Source of the DNA: Adineta vaga
Taxonomy: Eukaryota > Animalia > Rotifera
DNA length: 64,000 nucleotides
Direction: 5' to 3'
NCBI GenBank assembly: GCA_021613535.1
Contig: CP075494.1
Span: 10,974,001 to 11,038,000, forward strand
Each line of letters opens with the position of its first letter. The first letter of the stretch is position 1. A model generated the notes under the pieces. That model did no database searches. It was not told where the DNA came from and worked only from the letters and a program-made list of their open reading frames with translations. The position numbers and the translations under genes were made by a program. Positions 1 through 11,268 of the stretch are shown piece by piece.

Positions 1-2756
1 GACATTGTGAATGATATATATACACCCTGATTTTTAAGCATATAATGATAATAACTGCAAAATTACCTTAGTCAGTCTGTATCTTAATCTCTTCCTTCGT
101 TTCAATCATTAACACTACGACGAAACGTGCTATACCTTGTTAACAAGGTCTATTCAATCATCCATCCCACGATTAATAGAGTAAATGACAACTGTCATCT
201 TGCCTTGAAATAAATAAACCGTGCAATAATCAAGGTATAAAAGATAAGTACCTGAATCTTTTCCTTACTCGTTCTTTCTTCCTCTCTTTTCGATAACTTA
301 TATTTATCAATTTTATAATCATTATTCATCTGATCCGTTAGTATATCATTGTTGATCATGTGTGATCCGTCATGCATATATCATTCATTAACATACATAT
401 TCACACAAATCAAGGTGTATCTTAATTCACTCTTTCTTTCATCGTACGCATTTATGTTCATCTTATTGTATTCTTTTCATGTTACATACATAAACCGTAT
501 ATGACTTGCGTTCGTTTTTCTTTTGTTACCTATCTATAAGCATTACGAACAATGATACGATCAAAATACATATCTACCTATGCGCATACAGGCGTACTAT
601 TCAATGTTTTGTTACACAGAACATTTTGTATATAAATTATTGTTCAAGAAACATATGTCGATTTTGATTTCTTCTAATCTTCTTGTTCATCTGAAGGTAA
701 AAGCTTAGTAGATACTTAACAAACGAAAAGATAAGACGTTTACTCTTGTTTTCTTTTCTTGTATGTAAGTTATTTTTCTATAAAATATAAAATATATATG
801 AGAAAAGGATTAGAATAGTTTTATCCTATCATTCTCACTGATCAAAACAACATCCTTGAGAGATTGACAAGTTGTAACAATCTTGCCTGTATATGTTATC
901 ATTTTTTTTCATCGAATGATAGAAAAGAAAGAGAAGTACAGCGTTTCTTGAGTTAAGTAAATGTATAGGATGATAGATGATATAAGATGTATATCTGATG
1001 TTAGCTAGTCTTCACTATAATATCCTTTCATTTCAATAATCATATGGATTCTTAGATAAAGAAGAAACATTTGACTATTTCTCTCATGTACAGTAATACT
1101 TATGATGACATGTTCTCGTTTCTCATATACTTTTCGTTGAAATTCAAGAGCGAATAGATACTGTTTGAATATCTCTAAGAATTAAATTTTGTAAAGAAGA
1201 AGACGATGATGATGACGAATGATGATAAGGTAATCGTTTTTCTTTTCCCATTTTGAAATCACAAGGTGAGTAGATTAATAAACTTGCTTTATATTTGTTA
1301 TCAATCAATCGTATAATATTCTCTTCGATACATCCTAATCCTATGATCAATCATAGAAAAGTAGAAATCATTTTTGATCTTGTTCAGAGTTCATTATCGT
1401 TTCTACATTCTTTTTCTCTTGTATAACTGTTATTCTCTCGAGAGATTAATGTACGATTTATTGCTATGAGATTTTTCTTCGGTATTTAGATGAGAAAATA
1501 TGCAAATGACATTTTCCCTCTCTCTTTACGATCAAGATTGAGATCTTCCACACGTTCATCATCTTTTCTTTCTTGTTTCTCATTAATACTCAAAAGAACG
1601 AAGAATGTCATTGATAATGATCAAATAAAATCTGATTCGAGTCTAAACAATATTTTGTTTGAGAAAAACAACCCAATGTCATTGTTTTTAACGAAAGCTT
1701 TTCTATAAATCACATGCGAACACTCGAGAAGAAAGAGAACGAGAGAAAAAAAAGAATATTTAAATGCATAGAGAATGACATAATCAGACAATCAAGATTA
1801 ATTAAATTACTATTTTTCTCATTGAACACCATCCAAAAGGTAATTGTTCTTTTGTAACGAGTACATCTTCTTCTACTTCTACTGACAGCGGTCAACTAGA
1901 ATGATGAAGAATAGAATTGAATTATTCATCATTTGAAGATCTCTTTTTTCTTTTTTACATGCTTATATTATATAGTGCCGTTCATCTGATTGGAAAATCA
2001 TATTCAAGCTTTACATGTTCAGTTAGTTGTTTCATGACAAATGTATGCATATGTCGATGATCAAAAGAGTACTTTCTTTTTGTTGCATTTTATATTAAAT
2101 TGATACGTTGATTTCAAGTGATGCTATAGACATTTTAACATTCATGCGTAAAAAAAAGAATCTTACATACGTATTATTTAGTTAGAAACACTTCTGTCCT
2201 TTTTCTTTTTTGCAATATATATATGAACGAGTTTATTACATCATCTGTAGCATGTTTGATGAGCGCCTTCCATAACTGCTTCTGATCATCACTCAACACA
2301 CTTGTATGGTTCAGATATGTATGTAATGTTAATAATAATCGGCTTTTTCTTCTCCTATGTATATCGCGCTGTGCAGAAATTAGAAAGTATCCTTCCGAAT
2401 CACATTCATAGAAAGATAGAGAGACCACTTATCACTCTAATTGTTCGTCGTAGTGCTAGCTGGATTTATCTTTTTTCTCTGATCAAGTACATTCCGGCAC
2501 AGACATCAATGTATGTATGTTTTGTGAAGAAAAAAATTCTCATCACTATATTGTAGTCATCATACAATTGAAAGATTGTCTTTCTTTTATGTGTAGGAGA
2601 GAAAAGAAACTGATAAGTAGACAGAAGAAAATGTCGTTCGTATTGATAAAAGACTAGACTTTGATTACATATGAATATACATGTATATATTTCTATTTAG
2701 TTTTGATAAGTTTTGACTGACGTTTCACGACATTTGGTTCTCGACAATCAATTACA

Positions 2757-3787
2757 ATGGACTCGAATATTGTTCTTCGAGTTACTGATACACGTTGTCT
2801 ATCGCCACAGACAATTGGTTCTAGTGGTTATCATAGTGATTTATCATCAACGAATGATTCACCTGGATCTATTCATGATAATCGAAATGTCCATGTGGAA
2901 TATTATTCATCGGTGCAAATTCGAAAGAAGACTCAAGATAATAAAATGACCAGTCTAGCACAAATATCAAATTTTCTACGAAAACAATACGAACGAGCGA
3001 AATCAAAATTTATCTCCGAAAAACATCATTCACGAACAATGAAAACTTCAACAAAAGCAACATCAACGACTCCTATTCCGTATTTAACTGATAAACTTCA
3101 TCAACCAACTCTGCCTTCAAGATACAAACAAAGTTCATTTATCGAACCGGTAAATTTGTTTGATATGTAAATCATATATGTATATAGATTCAGATTTTGT
3201 TTTTTCTTCGAAAGGTTCGTTCTGTCTATGTTCATCCAGTGCATGATAATAATTTGAAAAAATTTCCCCCAAAAACTTATACATCAATTTATGATTGTTA
3301 TTCTCAACAGCCATCTCATCGTTTATCATCTCATCGAAAATTTTCAAAGAATTCGATCGATTCTTCCGTCTATCGTTCAGGTATGATTTCGAATTTAGAT
3401 ACTCTCACGAATGGATGTTGTCTCTCAACAAATTCGAATGTTCGTCGTCCAATATATCATTCAAATAAATCAACATATTCTCAACATTACTATCCATATA
3501 AATATATCAATAAGAATTATGATTATCATCGGCCGTTATATGTACCATTAAGTGATTTTATTAGCACAAAAGATAGTGCATTCAAACCAATTGAAAATTC
3601 TCGCCATGCTTTACATCATCATCGTCGTCAAGAACAAATTCCTCCTTCCGATGATCCATGTGATCTCGAAGTTGCACATTATTTATGTCAAACTCCTCAT
3701 TGGAGTAATCCAAATTATTTTGATATCTATAGAAAAGAAGTACCAAGACTCTTAGCCAGAAAAACGTATACGGAAACTTTATGTTAA
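2757..3787 (+). CDS. Hypothetical Ser/His/Tyr-rich protein, 2 exons (2757-3149, 3215-3787), ~321 aa
   Basis: ORFs 2757..3170 and 3197..3787 join in frame through a phase-0 GT..AG intron (3150-3214). No recognisable domain. Confidence 0.7.
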
Positions 3788-4605
3788 ACATTTTGTGTGG
3801 GCGTATGTGTGTGTGTATGCTTATTATTGTTGTTCTGTTCTCGTATCCGAATGATAATATTGATAATCTGTTATTTTTCAAAAAATAAGAAAAACATTCA
3901 GTTTCTTTTATTAATTCATCGAACAATAATTGATGCATGACTTCAGGTATATTTTACTTTCAAGTCGAAAGAAAATGATATCTTGATGTTGAAGGTTAGA
4001 TAAAGAAACAAATATGCATTTTTGTCAATGAAATAGACTTGATATGTTTTATAGAAAGTTTGCATTTGATAACAAAATGATTCGTTTATGGGTGCAGAGT
4101 ATACTATAAATTATATTTACTGCGTAAACATCGAACTAAACAAAACTGTCGCGACGAGAAATCCTTATGAATACTATGAGAACCTTTTATTCAATGGAAA
4201 GTACTAGTTTTTTTAATTACAAATAGAAAAAAAAAGAATACTCAAGATTTTGATTGAAAACGAAGAAGGAAATTTGAACTGGAATCGTGTACTTATGTAA
4301 AGATGTCTATTCAACTTGAATAAACATTTTCATTTAGAGAATGTATGATGGAAATGATTCGTTTCTGAGAATCAAAAAGTTTTAACGGAGAAGAGATGAA
4401 CTTTTAAAATAAAAAGTTCGAAGTCACTTGGCATTTACCGTCGTTAGAGTAATTAAAATGAAAAGCTCTACTAGACATGAAGTCATAGAATGTTTACTTG
4501 CTTTCCACATCCTATGTGAATCTGAAAAAAATGTAATTTGACAAAAAAGTAAGAAAAAAACAAACTGTTCCACAAAAATATTACTTCGAAAAAACAAAAT
4601 CATCA

Positions 4606-7600
4606 ATGGCTGTATCTGATCAATTTCAAAATTGTATTCAAAAGATAATCAAACATAATATATTCGATACTGATTCAAATGATGAATCTATTATTTCTGC
4701 TCAACGGTGGTCAACACGAATATATTTCATCATACTCTGGTTAGCAATCACAATTCTACTCTTCTATACGATATTAAATATTTCTCTCACACAAACTGAA
4801 ATGGACAATCCCTCTCTATCGACTTATCTTCATCTATATGATCAACATCATAATATTAAATGTCCCTGTACACAAATCTCAACATTATATAGAGAATTTC
4901 TGCACCTTGCACCAACATACAATCAAATTTGTTCGAGTATATTCATCTCCGATGAATGGATAACATTTCTTTTCAATAATAATCAAACTACATCGCGTTA
5001 TGCTGCTGATTTTCGTGCAACAGCAACTCATCAATTTCAAATTCTTCGTGAATTATGTCAATTATCTATTTCTGCTGTTCAAAATGGTTTACAAACATTA
5101 TATAGTAATCAATTGATTTCCGGTCAATTGTTAAGTAAAGATTTATTTGAAGCTGAACTTGAAGCGGACATTGAAGCATATCAAAGAATTACAATATCAA
5201 ATTTTTGGCGAGAATTTACGTTCGTTCGATCGTTAATCTTTGGAAATCAATTGATGTCAGCTATTCCAACAGCTTTTACAATCATTGTTCGTTCTGATTC
5301 GCCAGGAACGATTAGATCTTCGTGAGTTTATCTAGTAAAAGATAACATTGTTATATCTGATCCTTTCTTCTTTACTTTAGTCCAGGAGTAAATACTAACT
5401 CATTTCGACAATTGAATGGTTCTTCATGTAGTTGTACTGATTATCCTAGTTGTCATATGCCGGCTGGTTTTTATAATATCATGACATTTGATACTAGTCG
5501 TGGAATATTTGATCAACAGACATTATCTCCTGAAGAATACCTATCTGGATGGTTCACTGGATGTTGGTCAAGTGAAAGTCTTCTACTCTCAAAACCTGAC
5601 TATTTCTATAATCAAACAGTTTTAAATACAATTCTTTTCTATGTAAATGACTCGGCATCAAGTGGTCAATTCATTGTTTTGAATTATACAGAAAATAGTC
5701 GTTTTGATTCGACTGTTACTATTGAAACATTAGTAGAAGGATTATTTGTCGAACAATGGTCAAAAGAATTGAATTATACTGCCTATTTTCATCAATGTCA
5801 ACCCAATACCTGTGTATTTGAAAAAAATGAACGCGCATCAGTTCTATTCATTTTTACTTCACTTCTTGGATTGTATGGTGGTCTTTCCGTAGTACTTATA
5901 TTTATCACGCCCTATGTTGTTACATATATTATGAAACGTTTTCAACAAAAATCTAATAATCTTCTAATTGAACAAACAATAACTACTGGTACGTGCGAAT
6001 GTATAGAAACGAATGTAATTTATCTTATAGTCTATTGATATTTAGATACCGCAGGATCATATTTACAATTGTTGAAACAATTTTGGAATTTGATTATAAA
6101 TTTGAATATTTTCAAATCTTCTCGAAAAACGAGTGTCATCGATCAACAACATCAACGATGGTCAACTCGTTTTTATCTTATTCTTCTATCTATTGTCGTA
6201 CTCTTTCTTACGTTCTATACATGGTTCAGTACAGAATCAAGAATAATTCAAATTAAAAATCCTTCATTAAATCTCGTTAAAAATTTACAAGCTCAATTTC
6301 CTTCTTTACAATGTCCTTGTACAGAATTATCCATTTCCTATGAAGATTTAATCTATCTTCAACCGAAATATCATCAAATATGTTCAAGTGAATTTGTTAC
6401 ATCGAAATGGATTCAAGGTCTTAATCAAATCACATCTCGTTCGGCAGCAAATCTTTATTTTGCAGATTTTCGTTATGCAAGTCCAATGTTTCAATTATTG
6501 AAATCTTTATGTGATTTAACTAATGAAACAATTATGAATGAATTGCTCGTTTTTGGACAGACTCAACTAGTAACTGCTGATTTAATTCAATCCGAATTAT
6601 TCCAAGGACAATTAGAATTAGCTATTGAGCAATTTAAAGTTAATACACCAAATAGTTTATTACGTTTATTACACTTAATTCGTAATTTTACTTACATGAA
6701 TCAATTTTTATCAGGTTCATATGCGAATTTTAATGTTCAATATTCTACTGTTCAAGAATATGCGAAATCGAATGTAACATTAGAAGTTTATGGAAGTACT
6801 TCAACATTAGCGAATGGAACAAGTTACAGCTGTTCTTGTGCAAATGATATTGAATGTGGACGAAGTGCTGCTCTATATGTCGGTCCCAGTGGAGCAAGAA
6901 AAATCATTTTTATTATTCCGGGATTTTATTCTAGATGTTTTCCAGTTGAATCCTTACTTCCATCGACCATGGAATGTTTTTATGATAATAATTCATGTCT
7001 AGAATCCCTTGGAAATCTTACAAATGAAACATTATTTATTGAAATAAAGAAATTAAATGCATCTCAACCGAGTCGTTTTACAATTAATACAACAATTAAT
7101 ACTCTTCTTGAACAATTATTTATTGAAACATGGTCATCAATTCTATTCTATCCAACTTATTTTAATAAATGTCGACCGATATCATGTTTCTATACAGTAA
7201 TTACACAAAAAGGTACACTTCAAGTTGTGGCGACAATAACCGGACTTATAGGAGGATTATCTATTGCTTTTCGTTTAATTACTCCTTCGATTATTTTATG
7301 TTTAATGACTGTTTTTCGTAGCTGTCGTCCATCCCAAACAAATGCACTTCGTCGAGAAAGTAAATTTCTTCATATATTCTGATTGAATGTTTCCTATCCA
7401 TTCCTAGATATCAATCTTATCTTACATTCGATTACTATTCGTCATAGAATACGTGGATTTTTTACTACATTAAATACATTTGAACAGAAACATAAAAAAG
7501 CAATTAATCAAACTGAATTATATCTTCAACGACAATCTACTCGCGTCTATTTTTTACTTCTACTATTAGCCGTTTTTATTCTTGTTGTTTATACATTATT

Positions 7601-8675
7601 GACATATCAACAGAGTAATACGACTATAAAGATATCATCATTTGAAAAGTTTCAACAATTACAAAATCTTTATCATTCAACAACAGTAGAATGTCCATGT
7701 ACGAATATTTCCTTTCCAAGTACGACATTTTGTCAACTAGAACCGATTTTTCATCAAATATGTTCCAGTGATTTTGTTAGTCAAGATTGGTTGAATATTT
7801 TATTTCTAAGTTATAAAACACAAAATATTTTCAATATGAGTTCATATACATTCATTGGAACTGCTTTTACTTATTTTCAAACTTTAAAAATTATGTGTGA
7901 TTTAACGAAGGAAGCAGTTCTTGATGGTCGTGATCTTTTTCTTGCTAAACAAGTCGTTTCTGCACATATGCCTAATTATGATATATTCAATCGACAAACA
8001 GTGGCTGCATTAACAGCGTTTAAATCAAGTTTATCAAGTAATTTTGTTCATACATTGCATATGCTCTTAGGAATGGCACAAGGCAATGGTCTTGTTTCTG
8101 CTTATTCAACTAATTGGGATATTTTCCTACCGAATATGACTAAAGATGCGACGATATATACAAAAGCACGTGTCTATAATGTATGTAATTGTGCTATATC
8201 TGCTTCTTGTAATCAATCGTCCATCCCATATGTACCAGGTTATGTCGTTGGATGTCTTCCTTTACAATCTCTTTTGCGATCTACTTTGGAATGTTTCTAC
8301 AATCAATCATGTATCAACATGATAACTTCATATGTCAATGTATTAATTGTTCCTCAAAAATTAAATTTAACTAATACACGATTTCTACCAAATTTACTAA
8401 TAGATAATCTTGTTCAAGAGATGTTTATTGAATTTTGGTCATTAAATGTATCTTATGAGAAATTCTTTCAACAATGTCAACCAATGTTCTGTTCATATAA
8501 ATTAATCGATCGATATAATGTTTTATATGTTGTTACAACGATTGTAGGTCTCTACGGTGGATTAACTGTTCTCTTGAAACTTGTTGTACCTTTTATTGTT
8601 CGTCGATTATATGATTTATTTAGACAAAATCGACGTATCAATATACAAGTACTACCAATTGAAGAAAGATATTAA
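4606..8675 (+). CDS. ~1301-aa membrane protein made of three tandem ~430-aa modules (TM - Cys-rich ectodomain - TM); exons 4606-5321, 5381-5988, 6046-7359, 7408-8675
   Basis: Four ORFs join in frame via canonical GT..AG introns (phases 2,1,1). Each module repeats QRxSTRxY+TM, CPCT, QICSSxF..W, CxC, GC/RC..SLL, F(V/I)ExW, Y/F..C(Q/R)PxxC and TM2 with GL(Y/I)GGL(S/T). Confidence 0.9.
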
Positions 8676-9102
8676 TTACGATATGTGAAGGTTGTGATTT
8701 TTTCTTGAAGAAGAGAAAAGAAGATTCTATTGAAATTTATGTTCGACAGTAAGTACTGAACAGAACTGGTAACTGAATGTTTTTGTAAACAAACCAATCA
8801 CTGATCTAAGAAATGTTTTCGCGTATAATTTTTTTATGACTAATTTACATTAAATTAAACATGGTTCCGTAAAAACCGTTCAAGGTTAGTGCATTCAATA
8901 CTCGCGTTCATTACAGATCAAAATATCAATCCATTTTTATTTAACTATCAAAATACGCGTAATGTTTATTATGTAGAAAATAAAGCCACCTTTCGATTTT
9001 TATTCGTTTCTTGTTTATTCATGTCAATCACACCCACATATTGGAAAAAAATCATCTGTTTCATGATAAACAAGATAAAGAACATGATGAAGAGTGCATA
9101 TT

Positions 9103-9137
9103 AAAGGAAGTGAAAAAAGGAAGTGAAAAAAGGAAGT
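9103..9137 (+). repeat. Short tandem repeat, 13-bp period (GGAAGTGAAAAAA, about 2.5 copies)
   Basis: GGAAGT occurs at 9106, 9119 and 9132. Confidence 0.8.
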
Positions 9138-9446
9138 AGGATATTCTGTCGGCTAATCCTTATCGCAAAACATTTCAAGATTTATTTATTTATTCTTTTT
9201 GTAAAAAAAATCAACTTTCATCACATTCAATTTAAAATTCTGAATACAAATCATTGATGAAATGTTCTGTTATCAAAATTTTAGTAGAGATATCCAGCGG
9301 GTTTTTTTTTTCAATTTTCCTTTCTATTTTGTTATTATTACATTCAGTTTTAATCTACAATTCGGAAATCTATTTAACATGCAAAAATCATAAAGTAAAA
9401 AACCTCGACAATGATCATTATAAATGTAGACATATGAGGATTTTTG

Positions 9447-9866
9447 TTAAAAGAATGCGACATTGGGATGTATTCTTCCATCCATATTTACTCCTCCTTT
9501 TCCAAATCGATGAGGAATTTGTGGTGTCGCGAATCCACGATGTGCTAATTGTTTTTGAGCTCCATGTCCAGGAAACATGCCTTGTTGTTTGTGTAATAGT
9601 AGTGGAGTAGGATGATGCATAGCTGGTTTAGGTGCTCGATTTTGATCCGGAAAAACTGGATTAGGTTTATGATGAAAAGGTACGGGAGGTTGCATTGCAC
9701 GATCGGATTTCTTTCTTCGATGTTGTCGATCGACAAAAGCGAGCATTTTTCGTTTTACGTGGTCGAAATGCTTTTTTGTTGAAACACTCATACCATCACG
9801 ATAGTCATGTTCAGCAGACTGTCCACCTTTTCTTCTCTGATCCATGCCAAGTACATGTGCTTCCAT
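9447..9866 (-). CDS. Small basic His/Pro-rich hypothetical protein (139 aa), single exon
   Basis: ATG-initiated ORF with higher GC than its flanks and protein-like composition. No domain recognised. Confidence 0.6.
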   Translation of the reverse strand: MEAHVLGMDQRRKGGQSAEHDYRDGMSVSTKKHFDHVKRKMLAFVDRQHRRKKSDRAMQPPVPFHHKPNPVFPDQNRAPKPAMHHPTPLLLHKQQGMFPGHGAQKQLAHRGFATPQIPHRFGKGGVNMDGRIHPNVAFF

Positions 9867-10690
9867 AGAAAATGGTCGAACAAAACTTGATAGTTATATA
9901 TGCACTATTCGTAATATATGCTGTAAGACATACTGACAATAATATTCTCTTTTATATACTCTTCATCGTTAATGTCTAATGAACCATAACATATCATACG
10001 AATGTTTTTTTATTTATCATGTATGATATATAAACATCAATCACACGTTTCGACACGATAGACAGCTTCTATTCGTTCTGTAAAGATGAATCAATCAATG
10101 AAAAGGAACGCAACATTACGAAAATATTCGCAAATGATAAGTTGGTTTTTTCCACTTGCTTCTACGGAAGTTACATGTGTTCGTGTATACAATATTAGGC
10201 GTCATCACCTGTGCATATCATGTTTTTTTCATCAAATGTAAATGGTAATTGATATTCTCCCATAAAAGATTCCATTGTTTCGTGTGTGTGTGATATGTTA
10301 AAATTGATGATTTGTAAAAATTCTCGTGAGAATGTTGAGAGAAAAAACAACAAAATTGAATGTGTGGATTTGAAGTGTAAAAATGAAATATATTGGTCGA
10401 AGATAAGAAAAAATCGAAGATAAAATACATGAGAAAAAAAATTTAGTGAAGAGTCGGTTGAATTAAGTATGTAAAGTGGAACATGTGTGTCGTTTCACTT
10501 GGTGACAAGGAGAATTGTTTGTGACAAAAACATAATAATATTTTTTTGTTGTACTATCGATCGATATGGAATGATGAAGGATCCGAATCGATAAGTTAAA
10601 AAGAAAATGAGTAATATCTAACGAACTAAAAGAAAAAGAAAATGACATCGAGCATGTTTTTTTTTATTTCACATTTCTTAAGATTAGATC

Positions 10691-11057
10691 ATGTTGTTGA
10701 TTTCGATTACGTTTCTGTTAGTGTGTTTATGTAATCTTGTCCATGCTGGTTCGTATGTGGGTGGATACATTGGAGGTGGTATCGGAGGAGTTGTATGTAT
10801 TTACATGTGAAAAATGAAAAGTTACCTTTGCTAGTTTTCATTAGATCATATTGATTCTTGATATTATTGCAATATTTGATGTCCTTCGTACACCTCGTAC
10901 TATTCTTGGAAAATTACTTTGGATTTTATTGATTATCTTCTTTCCTGTTGGTGGTATGTATGAAAATTGATGTGATCATCTTGGATTATTCACTTATAAT
11001 TCTCTAGGTTTACTTATTTGGTGTGTTTGTGGACGGAAAACAAGTCCAGTTGTTTGA
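10691..11057 (+). CDS. 86-aa PLDc_N-domain (phospholipase D/nuclease N-terminal-like) small membrane protein; exons 10691-10792, 10845-10953, 11008-11057
   Basis: Hand-spliced sequence MLLISITFLLVCLCNLVHAGSYVGGYIGGGIGGV|IILILDIIAIFDVLRTPRTILGKLLWILLIIFFPVG|GLLIWCVCGRKTSPVV*. Both introns are GTATGT..TAG and frames are consistent. The D..R......K..W......P..G pattern is the PLDc_N hallmark. Absent from the ORF track. Confidence 0.8.
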
Positions 11058-11268
11058 GAATGATCTCCATTGATTGAAACACGAATGAAATGAATAGTCA
11101 ATCAAGATAATCCAGCCAAATGATTTTAAATTTACTTGTTATTTATTTTAATCATTTTAGTTCACAAATAGAATACAATTTATCATTAAAAAAAAAAGAA
11201 GAGAAATCTCTTTATCACAAAAACAATAATGTTGAATATCACTAGTATTGTACAGTTAGTTTGTAGCA

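Noticed and set aside
4606-8675. Reading the four ORFs as separate tandem genes
   Set aside because: All gaps are 48-59 bp canonical introns with matching phases, and the downstream ORFs begin at non-ATG codons.
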